From: an uncultured Gammaproteobacteria bacterium | GTDB lineage: Bacteria > Patescibacteriota > Patescibacteriia > UBA1558 > GWA2-36-10 | Assembly: GCA_964515785.1 (NCBI GenBank) | Contig: CAZEWH010000002.1 | Location: forward strand, 94,182-158,181 | Direction: 5' to 3' | Length of the DNA stretch: 64,000 nt | In this document: positions 19,190-28,161 of the stretch, in pieces | Layout of the letters: every line of letters begins with the position of its first letter | Position numbering within the stretch: the stretch's first letter is position 1 | Made by a program: the position numbers and the translations under genes | Notes under the pieces: model-generated | What the model was told of the DNA's origin: nothing | Database searches by the model: none | Seen by the model: the letters and a program-made list of their open reading frames with translations, nothing else

Positions 19190-20296
19190 TTATTTACCTT
19201 CTTTTAAGATATAACGTCCTTTTGAGTCACGGTCAAATAGATCTTTATTCATCAGGGCTAATGTAATAGTAGTTTCTTTAATAAGGCGTTTTTTGAGGAC
19301 AGTATCGATGATTTCTTTTTTGGACATTGCTTTATTTGCTTCCTTTAAAATATCGACAATAACTTCAGTAACGACACCTGGTTTATATCCCCAATCTTTG
19401 AGGGCATAAATACCGCGGCCAACCAATACATATTTTTTATCGAGAATTAATTCGTTATGAATAGTTGCTGGATAAGCTTGGCGATGATCAAATTTCATCT
19501 TATTGATAGTATCAGCAATCTCAGTAAAGTGCATTGGTTTATTTTCTTTTTGTAAAACTACGTAGATCTTGTCATTCATACGCTTTGGAGTAATAGCTGA
19601 CCAGTTGGTCAAACCCCATTCATCATATGGATTGGCTTTTAGCTTTTTGGTAATAAAGATAAAGTTGACAACAACTTTATCAGTAAGATCAGTACTAACT
19701 TTATAAAAGTCAGATGCTTGAATTTTAGTCAATAGATCGTCTAAAGAAATTGGTTCACCATGATTATCAATCAATGAACTAACATTGTCGATTGTTTTAC
19801 TAAAGAAATCTTCTGATGCTTCTGGAGTTTTCCAAAAATTGTTGATATCTTTGTTTTCTTTAACAAAATAGAAACGATGTTTCAATAATTCATTGAGAAT
19901 AAAGCGAATAGCTGCTCTATTATCTTGACTATCACCAGGCATCATCAATAGTTCACGGGTTAGATTGTCTTCTGACATCATGCCACCATGTTCTGATAAA
20001 ATACCATTTGTAATATCTTCAATCTGTTTTAAATAAGTTTGATCAAAGTTTTTGTTGATTTTCTTGAGTGAGCTATTTTCGATTTGTCTGACTCTTTCTC
20101 TAGTAACATTATATTTTTTACCAATATCTTCTAGAGTTCGCTTTTCTGAACCAGCTAAACCATGACGCATCTTGATGATTTCTTGCTCACGTTCAGACAA
20201 AGCATCCAAAATGCTAATCAAAATACTATGCGGGTTAAAATCCGCCAAATTTTCGGCATGTTTGGAGCTGATTACTTGGTCTAGAATTGAACTCAT
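19190..20296 (-). CDS. Sigma-70 region-4 (HTH) domain protein with long uncharacterised C-terminal domain
   Basis: [15 protein letters not shown]...[27 protein letters not shown] near the N-terminus is a textbook sigma70 r4.2. The remaining approximately 280 aa are unassigned. Terminator hairpin at 19130-19178. Confidence 0.5.
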   Translation of the reverse strand: MSSILDQVISSKHAENLADFNPHSILISILDALSEREQEIIKMRHGLAGSEKRTLEDIGKKYNVTRERVRQIENSSLKKINKNFDQTYLKQIEDITNGILSEHGGMMSEDNLTRELLMMPGDSQDNRAAIRFILNELLKHRFYFVKENKDINNFWKTPEASEDFFSKTIDNVSSLIDNHGEPISLDDLLTKIQASDFYKVSTDLTDKVVVNFIFITKKLKANPYDEWGLTNWSAITPKRMNDKIYVVLQKENKPMHFTEIADTINKMKFDHRQAYPATIHNELILDKKYVLVGRGIYALKDWGYKPGVVTEVIVDILKEANKAMSKKEIIDTVLKKRLIKETTITLALMNKDLFDRDSKGRYILKEGK

Positions 20297-20422
20297 ATGC
20301 TTGATTTATTAATTAATTCCCTCCTAGAATAACATAAAATTTAAAATAAGTCAACCCCCTAGACAATACTTGTCAAGAGGGTTGTATATTTTAGCTAATA
20401 TTAGCTAATATTTTAGAATAAT

Positions 20423-21307
20423 TTATTTTTTCTTATGCCACATAGATAGTAATGGCGAAGCAATAAAAATAGAAGAATAAGTACCAATCACTACACCCAA
20501 AATCAGTGCCAAAACAAAGTTTTTGATGGTTTCACCACCAAAAATATAGATAGCCAAGAGTACAAAAAGGGTTGTAATTGAGGTATTTAATGATCTGACT
20601 ATAGTTTGATTAACACTAATATTTACAATATCGTCAAATGATTCGTCTTTATTTTTAATCAAATTTTCTCGTGTTCTATCAAAGGTAACAATCGTATCAT
20701 GGATAGAAAAACCCAAAATTGTCAAGAGAGCTGTCACAAACAAACTATCCACCTCTACCCTAAAGAAGTATCCTAAAGCAGCAAAAATACCAGTAATAAT
20801 CAAAATATCATGCACTAAAGCAATGATAGCTGAAATGCCATATTTCCAAGAAGCTACTGGTTTGGATACTTTACGAAAAGCATAAGCAATATAAATCACA
20901 ATAAATAGTAAAACAATGATAATAGATTGGATAGCTTTGGTTTTGAGCTCATTACCAATACTTGGCCCAATGGCTTCAAATCTATTTTCAGTAAGCTCAT
21001 TATCTTCTGTCTGTAATTTACTGAAAATATTTTGATGAGTGTCTTCGTCTATTTCTTCAAAGCGTAAAATATACTCATGTTCACCAGCTGGTTGGATTTT
21101 AAGACTTTCCAATTCAAATTCAGCTAAAGATTGCTCCATAGTATGTAAATCTGGTCTATCAGTGGAGTATGAAACCTCTAACAAACTACCACCGCTAAAA
21201 TCAATACCAAGCCGCAAACCCCAAATAGACAGGGCAACAATAGAAGCAACCATTAATATTCCTGAGCATATAAACCAAATTTTCTTTTTTCCAATAATAT
21301 TATACAT
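20423..21307 (-). CDS. secF: Protein translocase subunit SecF
   Basis: LGIDFSGGSLLEVSY and six TM helices. Confidence 0.9.
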   Translation of the reverse strand: MYNIIGKKKIWFICSGILMVASIVALSIWGLRLGIDFSGGSLLEVSYSTDRPDLHTMEQSLAEFELESLKIQPAGEHEYILRFEEIDEDTHQNIFSKLQTEDNELTENRFEAIGPSIGNELKTKAIQSIIIVLLFIVIYIAYAFRKVSKPVASWKYGISAIIALVHDILIITGIFAALGYFFRVEVDSLFVTALLTILGFSIHDTIVTFDRTRENLIKNKDESFDDIVNISVNQTIVRSLNTSITTLFVLLAIYIFGGETIKNFVLALILGVVIGTYSSIFIASPLLSMWHKKK

Positions 21308-21311
21308 ATAA

Positions 21312-22982
21312 CTATTTATTTTTTATACCAAATAAGCCTAATTTATTTTCTAGTTTTTTATTAACTATCATTCTCAAAAAAGTTCTAGTTACAGTGATTG
21401 CTGAAAACATTGAGATCAAAATACCAATACCCAAAGTAATAGCAAAACCTTTGATAATAGAAGTACCAAACCAGGCTAAGATCAAGCAAGTAATAATAGA
21501 TGAAATATTTGAATCTCGGATTGAAGTCCAAGCTCTTCTAAAACCATTTTCAATAGCAGTATTTAAGCTACGACCGCGATATAGTTCTTCTTTGGTTCTT
21601 TCAAATATCAAAATATTGGCATCAACTGCCATACCAATTGATAATATAAAGCCAGCTACTCCAGCCAAAGTCATGGTCACTGGTACCATTTCAAATAAAG
21701 CTAAAGTAATAACAGCGTAAATAACTAGGGTCAAAACTGCAATAAGTCCAGGTAATCTATAAAATAACAACATAAATAAAGCAGCAGCAATCAAGCCTAT
21801 AATACCAGCTAATAAACTTTTTTGAACTGAAGTTTCACCTAGACTAGCACCAACAGTGGTTTGACTAATTAATTCTATAGGAATAGGTAAAGCACCTAGA
21901 TTTAGGTCATCGACCAAATCTTTGGCACCTTGTAATGTAAAATTACCAGAAATCTGAGCTCGTCCGTCTTTGATTGGTTCTTGGACAACTGGGCTAGAAA
22001 GTAAATTGTCATCCAAAAATATAGCAATTGGTTTACCAACACGATCAGTAGTTAATTGAGCAAACATTTCTTTACCTTCGTCACTAAAATTTAGTAACAC
22101 CAATGGTTCTTGGGTAGTTTGATTAACAGAAAATTGAGCTTGTTTGACATGTTCACCGGTCAGACCTGATGGGATCCAGTTGATATTGTCTAAATCAGCA
22201 TTTAGATTTTTGAATAATATATGAGCAGCATGCACTTCTATTTCACCCTCTTCATTGAGACGTTCTTCAATACGTTTGATAATATGGTAGCCAAATTGAG
22301 ATTCTACAATTTCTGGAGAAATTTCTCCGTCTTTAAGGTCATCAAAAATTGCTTTTTCAAATTCTGGTACAAACATGCCTTTTTTAGCCCAACCCAAGTC
22401 ACCTCCTTCAACAGCTGAAGCTAAATCTTCACTATATTCTGAAGCTAATTGAGCAAAATCTTCACCAGCTAAAGCCCTATCTAATATTTCATTGGCTTTG
22501 GTAATTGTATCTGCGTTAGCATCTTCATCTTCTGGGTCTATTTCCAATGGTTCTCCTTCAATTCTAAAGTCTAGTTGAGGAGTTTCACCTATTCTATTGA
22601 TAGCTTCTTGAGTATCTTTGATACCAGCCAATTCTACAATAATACGATGTTCACCGCCAGAAAAATTGGTTTGGACTACAGGTTCTGAAACACCATAAAA
22701 ATTGACGCGATATTCTATCACATCACGTAAAGCTTCTAAGCGACTATCAATATCAGTCTCTTCTGTGACTGAACTAGTATCAGCTCGATAGACTAGATGA
22801 GTACCACCTTGTAAATCAAGGCCCAAATGAATTTTAAAGTTATTAAACCAGCTTAAATTACCAACTTTAGGGATAACCACCAAAGCAGCAAAAGCTGTCA
22901 AAATAACAATAAAAACAAAGGTTGTGCGAACTTTATTTTTGGTCACTTGTCCTTTGTTTGTTGGATTATTATATTTATTCAT
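21312..22982 (-). CDS. secD: Protein translocase subunit SecD, with embedded parvulin-like domain
   Basis: HLGLDLQGGTHLVY and C-terminal 6-TM SecD core. Residues about 158-260 contain GGDLGW...MFVPEFEKAIFDL...FGYHIIK...HAAHILF (parvulin motifs). Confidence 0.9.
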   Translation of the reverse strand: MNKYNNPTNKGQVTKNKVRTTFVFIVILTAFAALVVIPKVGNLSWFNNFKIHLGLDLQGGTHLVYRADTSSVTEETDIDSRLEALRDVIEYRVNFYGVSEPVVQTNFSGGEHRIIVELAGIKDTQEAINRIGETPQLDFRIEGEPLEIDPEDEDANADTITKANEILDRALAGEDFAQLASEYSEDLASAVEGGDLGWAKKGMFVPEFEKAIFDDLKDGEISPEIVESQFGYHIIKRIEERLNEEGEIEVHAAHILFKNLNADLDNINWIPSGLTGEHVKQAQFSVNQTTQEPLVLLNFSDEGKEMFAQLTTDRVGKPIAIFLDDNLLSSPVVQEPIKDGRAQISGNFTLQGAKDLVDDLNLGALPIPIELISQTTVGASLGETSVQKSLLAGIIGLIAAALFMLLFYRLPGLIAVLTLVIYAVITLALFEMVPVTMTLAGVAGFILSIGMAVDANILIFERTKEELYRGRSLNTAIENGFRRAWTSIRDSNISSIITCLILAWFGTSIIKGFAITLGIGILISMFSAITVTRTFLRMIVNKKLENKLGLFGIKNK

Positions 22983-23004
22983 AATGACAATATTTTAGCA
23001 TATT

Positions 23005-23934
23005 TTAGCATTTTGACAAGTCCTCTACCCATTCTTGTAATAAATCACCAAAATCCATATTTGCAGCTTTTATAGCCTTTGGTAAAAGAGATTTTTTGGT
23101 CATACCAGGGATTGTATTTATTTCTAGAAAATATATTTTATTATTCAAAACTATAAAGTCACTACGACTTATATGTCTACAGCCTATGATATTGTGTATT
23201 TTTATAGCTTGATCTTGTAATTTGTTTGTTAAAGTATTATCAATATCTGCTGGACATATTTCTTCGGCCAATTTTGGATCATATTTACTATCAAAATCAA
23301 AAAAAGTATTTTTTGATTTTATTTCAATAACAGGTAAGGCTTGTGTTTTGTTATTTTGTTCTATGACAACTACTGTAAATTCTTGACCTTGTATATAGTC
23401 TTCTAATAAAATTTGATCGTCATACTTCAATGCTTGGCTAATAGCTTGATCTAATTCTTCTTGATTATTAGCAATGTTTATTCCAATAGAACTACCTCCA
23501 GTCAGAGGCTTGATAATTACTGGTTTTATAAATTTTGTTTGTTTATTTGCTAATTGATAATCTGGAGTAAGTATATTATTTTTAGCAACTAAAATTTTGC
23601 TAAGCACTTTATCCATACCAATAGCATGAGCTTTGACATCAGAAAAAATAAATGGAATTTTTAATGTTTTTAAAAAACCCTGTATTACTCCATCTTCTCC
23701 ACCAGGACCATGAAAAATTGGTATAGATACTGCAAAATTTTTATATTCTTTATAAAAAGCATCAATATTTTTTGGAAAATCAAATATTTTGAGTTCAAAT
23801 TTTGATTTTAATTCTTCAACAACATTTTTAGCAGATAACAAAGCAATCTCTCTTTCTGAACTTGTTCCGCCTGTTAAAATTGCTATTTTGTTTGACATAT
23901 TATTTTTTAATAGCAAAGCTTTGAATAGCAGCAC
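23005..23934 (-). CDS. ddl: D-alanine--D-alanine ligase
   Basis: IAILTGGTSSEREISL-like N-terminus and ATP-grasp pattern; 309 aa. Confidence 0.85.
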   Translation of the reverse strand: MLLFKALLLKNNMSNKIAILTGGTSSEREIALLSAKNVVEELKSKFELKIFDFPKNIDAFYKEYKNFAVSIPIFHGPGGEDGVIQGFLKTLKIPFIFSDVKAHAIGMDKVLSKILVAKNNILTPDYQLANKQTKFIKPVIIKPLTGGSSIGINIANNQEELDQAISQALKYDDQILLEDYIQGQEFTVVVIEQNNKTQALPVIEIKSKNTFFDFDSKYDPKLAEEICPADIDNTLTNKLQDQAIKIHNIIGCRHISRSDFIVLNNKIYFLEINTIPGMTKKSLLPKAIKAANMDFGDLLQEWVEDLSKC

Positions 23935-24658
23935 CTAAATGCTTGAATATTTTAGCTATGATTTTGTGTTCAAAACTCAATATATTAGCAAATCTATGAA
24001 AATAATCATAAGTATAAAAGCTTTTTACTTCAAAACCAGCTTGGGTTATTTGTTGTTTTAATCTACTTGGACTATAGCTTTCAGCTTCAGGTTCCATTAA
24101 TTCATCAGGAATATTTTGTTTAGCTTTGAATAAGTCAGCAATTTTTATAAAAATTCTACTCAAAGCCCAAAGATAAAAAAATGGATTGTAAAATTTGAGA
24201 TAATTTTTATTTGGCTCACCTAGCAAAACAAAAAGCCCACCAGATTTTAAAACCCGATAAGCCTCTTTGAGTGTCTCCTCTACTGCAAAAAAATGATGAA
24301 GAGAACCGTTTATGATTATTAAATCAAAATAATTGTCTTGATATGGCAAATCTGTAACTTCTGCTTGACTTAGTTTGAGTTTAGGATATTTTTTCTTGGC
24401 AATTTTTAAAACTTCTGTAGATACATCAACACCATACACCTGATCAGAAATTTGTAATAAGCTATTACTAAGCCTGCCAGTACCACAGCCAAGATCTAAA
24501 GTTTTATGGATTTTATTGTTAGCAACAAATTTTTTGAGATTTGCAAAATTCCAAGCATCAATAATCTTGGCACTTTTTGTTTCTATGTGCCATTTGTCGT
24601 ATTCTTTGGCTGTTTTGTTATAGTATTCTTTTTGCTCTTGAGTTTTTTGTTTATTCAT
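23900..24658 (-). CDS. Class I SAM-dependent methyltransferase
   Basis: Motif I LDLGCGTGRLS; overlaps ddl by 35 nt. Confidence 0.7.
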   Translation of the reverse strand: MNKQKTQEQKEYYNKTAKEYDKWHIETKSAKIIDAWNFANLKKFVANNKIHKTLDLGCGTGRLSNSLLQISDQVYGVDVSTEVLKIAKKKYPKLKLSQAEVTDLPYQDNYFDLIIINGSLHHFFAVEETLKEAYRVLKSGGLFVLLGEPNKNYLKFYNPFFYLWALSRIFIKIADLFKAKQNIPDELMEPEAESYSPSRLKQQITQAGFEVKSFYTYDYFHRFANILSFEHKIIAKIFKHLGAAIQSFAIKK

Positions 24659-26771
24659 CTAATAAATCAAGATTATTAACTTCAGTCCAATCTTCTTCAT
24701 TAAGGACAGTAATAGCATCTTCGGCTAAGATATAAAAATAATCATCAATATATAAAGCTCGTTTTACTTCGTAGTCAGCAATAGCTTTGGTCAAAGAAAT
24801 TTTATTGCCAGTATAAGAAAAGATATATCCACCTTGATAAGCTGGCAAGAAAAATACCTTATGTTTGTCGTCTAATAAAAACGCATGATGATTGTGTAAA
24901 GCTTCAGAACCATATTCATCAAGCATATATTTATCTATTTCTTTGGGGTTGTTAGGATCAGACACATCAAACAAAGATAATTTGACTTGCCTATCTTCCA
25001 TACCAACACCCAAAATAGTATCCTCATCTATAGGATGTAAATAAGAAGAATATCCAGGAATTTTTAGTTCACCTGACATATGGGGTGATTTTGGATTGGA
25101 TAAATCCAAAACATAAAATGGGTCAATCTGCCTAAAAGTGACCAAATATCCTTTTTCACCAATAAAGCGAGCTGAGTATATACGTTCTGTGACGCCTAAA
25201 TCCAAAATAGATCCTTTTATTTTCAAATCTTTATCTAAAACATAAACATCATTAGATGTTTCACTATTTGTACCAAAACCAGCAAACCAACGACCGCCAA
25301 CAGTAGTAGCTATTCGTAGATGATTATCATATTCATCTAGAGAAAATTGATTAAGTGGTACTCCAGGTACTGAGCCGTTGCTTTTGATATTTAGATCTTT
25401 AATAGCAATTTTTACAATATTTGTTTGTTCAAGATTACGTTTATTATTTTTATAATAATCATCCATTCGATTTTCCATTTCATTTTCTACCCACAGAGCT
25501 TCATCAGAATCCAAACTTTCGCTCCATTCCATGATGATTGTCTGAAATTCAGTCATTTTAGCATTGGAGCTAATGTCATAAGATTTTAGTTTTTTGAGAC
25601 GAGTTATGACTTCTGGACCAAAAATATCATCAGCCTCTTCTGTAATAAAGTCAAAAATAAAAGTAAAGGTATCAAATGTTCCAGGATAAGTGACATATAA
25701 AGATTCTGGAGACATATAAACAATTGATTGAGAAGTGCTGCCCACAAAACTAATTTGATCATCTATAGTGCCAGAATCTATATCAATCTTGAATACAGAA
25801 TAAGTAGCTGAAGCATCAGTTGGAGTAATTGGATGATAAATATCAGAACAAGCAATTTCTAGAATTTTTTCACCAACAACTAAAGGTCTAAGAGGGCACG
25901 GTGTGTGTCTATTTGTATATTTACGAGCAATGATATAAAGATTGTCACCATATTGACGAGCAGTTTGTAGATAATGATCATCATCTAGTTTAATATTCCA
26001 TTTTTCTGCAGCAGTATTTTTGTCATAAGCATAGATAACTTGATCTCCGCTTTGAGTCAAAACCAGCAAAGTATCGTCTTTGAGTAATAGATTGCCGGCA
26101 TGATCTATTTTATCAACAATTTCTAAATCAGATGGCGGCCAGGCAGTAATTAAGTCAGTTTTACTATCATAAGTTGGTGGGGCTATTTCTTTACCACTAA
26201 TTGGCATGGGTTCTTCAATAAATACATCATCACGACCATAATAATATCTAGATTCATGAGAAAAATAAATAGTTTGTCCATCTGTTTTGACAATATCTGG
26301 TTCGTCTATACCCATAACCTGAACATTGGTTTGAGAATATCTATCAGGTGTAGCACCTCCACCACCCATACCAGTACTTTTTTCAGCTATAGCCATATCA
26401 TCCATACCAAAACTAACATCAGAACGCATCATCTGTGGAGCATAGGCTAGAGATTCTTCGCTAAGTTCTAAATATGCTTTAAAATCTTCTTCTGAATTAA
26501 ACTTTACCAAATCTGTTTGATTATTATTAGTTTGAAAAAGCGGTGGAACTTGAATATCACTAATAGGTGTTTCATGGCTATTAGCAAATAAGAAAACCAA
26601 GACAACAGCCATAACAAGAACTAATAATAATGTTCCTAATTGAGTGTTACCAAAACGTTTTTTGGCTTTAATCTTAACTTTGACTTTAACAGGTTTCTCG
26701 CCTGTTTTCTTTACAGAAGAGCGAGTAGGTTTAGTAACTTTTTTGACTACTTTCTTTTTAGTTGTAGGCAT
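24651..26771 (-). CDS. Membrane-anchored secreted beta-propeller domain protein
   Basis: Lys-rich N-terminus and TM anchor; long beta-rich ectodomain (…YVLDLSNPKSPHMSGELKIPGYSSYLHPIDEDTILGVG…). Confidence 0.45.
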   Translation of the reverse strand: MPTTKKKVVKKVTKPTRSSVKKTGEKPVKVKVKIKAKKRFGNTQLGTLLLVLVMAVVLVFLFANSHETPISDIQVPPLFQTNNNQTDLVKFNSEEDFKAYLELSEESLAYAPQMMRSDVSFGMDDMAIAEKSTGMGGGGATPDRYSQTNVQVMGIDEPDIVKTDGQTIYFSHESRYYYGRDDVFIEEPMPISGKEIAPPTYDSKTDLITAWPPSDLEIVDKIDHAGNLLLKDDTLLVLTQSGDQVIYAYDKNTAAEKWNIKLDDDHYLQTARQYGDNLYIIARKYTNRHTPCPLRPLVVGEKILEIACSDIYHPITPTDASATYSVFKIDIDSGTIDDQISFVGSTSQSIVYMSPESLYVTYPGTFDTFTFIFDFITEEADDIFGPEVITRLKKLKSYDISSNAKMTEFQTIIMEWSESLDSDEALWVENEMENRMDDYYKNNKRNLEQTNIVKIAIKDLNIKSNGSVPGVPLNQFSLDEYDNHLRIATTVGGRWFAGFGTNSETSNDVYVLDKDLKIKGSILDLGVTERIYSARFIGEKGYLVTFRQIDPFYVLDLSNPKSPHMSGELKIPGYSSYLHPIDEDTILGVGMEDRQVKLSLFDVSDPNNPKEIDKYMLDEYGSEALHNHHAFLLDDKHKVFFLPAYQGGYIFSYTGNKISLTKAIADYEVKRALYIDDYFYILAEDAITVLNEEDWTEVNNLDLLDE

Positions 26772-26852
26772 ATTTTTGTTTTAATATTTATAATTTTTTA
26801 TAATTGCATTATAACATAATTATTAAGCCAAAACCACATTGTTCTTAATATT

Positions 26853-26881
26853 GACAAATATTGACAAATATCCTAAGATTG
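26853..26881 (+). promoter_or_regulatory. Promoter with tandem TATTGACAAA repeat and TAAGAT -10
   Basis: tattgacaaatattgacaaa (2 x 10 bp) then tatcctaagat, upstream of 26936..27430. Confidence 0.4.
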
Positions 26882-26935
26882 GCTGTCGAGTTGGAACTCG
26901 AATTTTTGTCCTTTTTCAAAGAAAGAGAGAAAAAC

Positions 26936-27430
26936 ATGCAAAACAATAGAATGGAAGTTGGTATGAGTCCTCGTGGCTTTATAAACACTGCAGTCATGGC
27001 TGTCTTCATGGTTCTCAGTTTTTGGGGAAGCATGTTGCTAGTTTTGATGTGGCCGATTGCTCTTGTTTTTGGCCTGGTGGTTGGTGTAGCTAGCCAGAAA
27101 AGACCTGCTATTGCTTGGCCTTGGTCTGGTATCTTGTCAGCCGCGCTTGGCATTTGGCTCGGTGGATTATTGATCTGGCTGGCAATTGGTACTGGTGTAC
27201 ACACTTCTTTTCGCATCAATGCCTTTTGGCTGAGTTTGATCTTGAATTCAGTTAGTCCCCTGCTTTTTATCACAGGAGCAGTCCTGTCTACTTTGATCTA
27301 CTGGTGGAAGAATCGCTCCCGAGCCAATCAAGCACCGCCGAATAATCCAGATCAGCTGGGTCGCAATCTTAGCCAGCCTAAGACTGGCAATAAACCGCCA
27401 ATTTTCAAGCAACTCAAAACCGAAGCATAA
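26936..27430 (+). CDS. Small polytopic membrane protein, GC-rich (compositionally atypical)
   Basis: Start MQNNRMEVGMSPRGF...; 4 TM helices; GC visibly about 50%; bidirectional terminator at 27415-27450 (ccgaagcat..atgcttcgg plus T7). Chosen over the antisense ORF 26845..27273. Confidence 0.5.
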   Translation: MQNNRMEVGMSPRGFINTAVMAVFMVLSFWGSMLLVLMWPIALVFGLVVGVASQKRPAIAWPWSGILSAALGIWLGGLLIWLAIGTGVHTSFRINAFWLSLILNSVSPLLFITGAVLSTLIYWWKNRSRANQAPPNNPDQLGRNLSQPKTGNKPPIFKQLKTEA

Positions 27431-27461
27431 TGCTTCGGTTTTTTTATTTATCTTAAATTAT

Positions 27462-27962
27462 TTAAAACTTAATTGGCACAATCAAGCTATCAGCGTTTTC
27501 AGGAAGTTCTGATGGATTGTCCTTTTCTAAAATAAGCATGCCAAAGTCATTATCTGTATCATCAAACTCTATAGTAGCACTAAAAGGCACAAATTCTTCA
27601 GTCATCCAATCACTCTCAGTGGTGGCATATGATTCTACCAAAATATTACCACCTTGCGAACCGATCAAAACAACAGGAAAGTCTCCTTCAAAAAACCAAT
27701 ATCCTCTAGCTTCGCCTGTAATAGTCAAAGGACTAGTGATTCTTTCATTAGGACTTGGCGAATCAATACGAATCAAATCATTTTTTTCCAATTCATTACC
27801 AATGTTTTCTACAAAAATATTATCATCTTCATCTTGACTTGGTTCTTTTATTGGTTCTTCTATTTGATTATCAACCTTAGTATCTTCTTCAACAACATTT
27901 AGATTAGTTGAAATCAACCAAATAGCGGCAATAACAATTACTAAAATAATAATATTTTTCAT
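27462..27962 (-). CDS. Secreted protein (signal peptide), possibly Ig-like Gmad2-type domain
   Basis: Start at MKNIIILVIVIAAIWLIS; acidic linker; C-terminal beta domain. Confidence 0.4.
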   Translation of the reverse strand: MKNIIILVIVIAAIWLISTNLNVVEEDTKVDNQIEEPIKEPSQDEDDNIFVENIGNELEKNDLIRIDSPSPNERITSPLTITGEARGYWFFEGDFPVVLIGSQGGNILVESYATTESDWMTEEFVPFSATIEFDDTDNDFGMLILEKDNPSELPENADSLIVPIKF

Positions 27963-28078
27963 ATATTTATATTTAATAATGCATTTGGCTCGGGGCGCTG
28001 GACTATTGCCCAGCATCTTAGGTTACGACGCTGACGCGTCGTATTTTTGCAGCTTAAGCCAATTTCACTGCGTTCAAT

Positions 28079-28152
28079 TGGCTCGGGGACAGGGGCTCGA
28101 ACCCCGATTCCCAGGACCAGAACCTGGTGTCCTACCATTAGACGATCCCCGA
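28079..28152 (-). tRNA. tRNA-Gln (anticodon CUG)
   Basis: The reverse complement tcggggatcgtctaatggtaggacaccaggttctggtcctgggaatcggggttcgagcccctgtccccgagcca folds as a cloverleaf. It has a 7-bp acceptor stem, a D-loop AATGGTA, an anticodon loop TTCTGGT and a T-loop TTCGAGC, with CCA encoded. A TATAAT -10 box sits 8 nt upstream. Confidence 0.85.
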
Positions 28153-28161
28153 AAGAAAATA

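Noticed and set aside
26845-27273. 142-aa minus-strand ORF antisense to the GC-rich membrane protein gene
   Set aside because: The plus-strand ORF has a promoter, an RBS-like site, TM helices and a terminator; the antisense ORF has none. High GC inflates spurious antisense ORFs.
28020-28050. Hairpin ACGACGC-tgac-GCGTCGT plus T-run as the terminator of the tRNA
   Set aside because: The T-run is on the plus strand, opposite to the tRNA's transcription direction, and no upstream plus-strand gene needs it. It is reported only as part of the tRNA 3'-end duplicate spacer.
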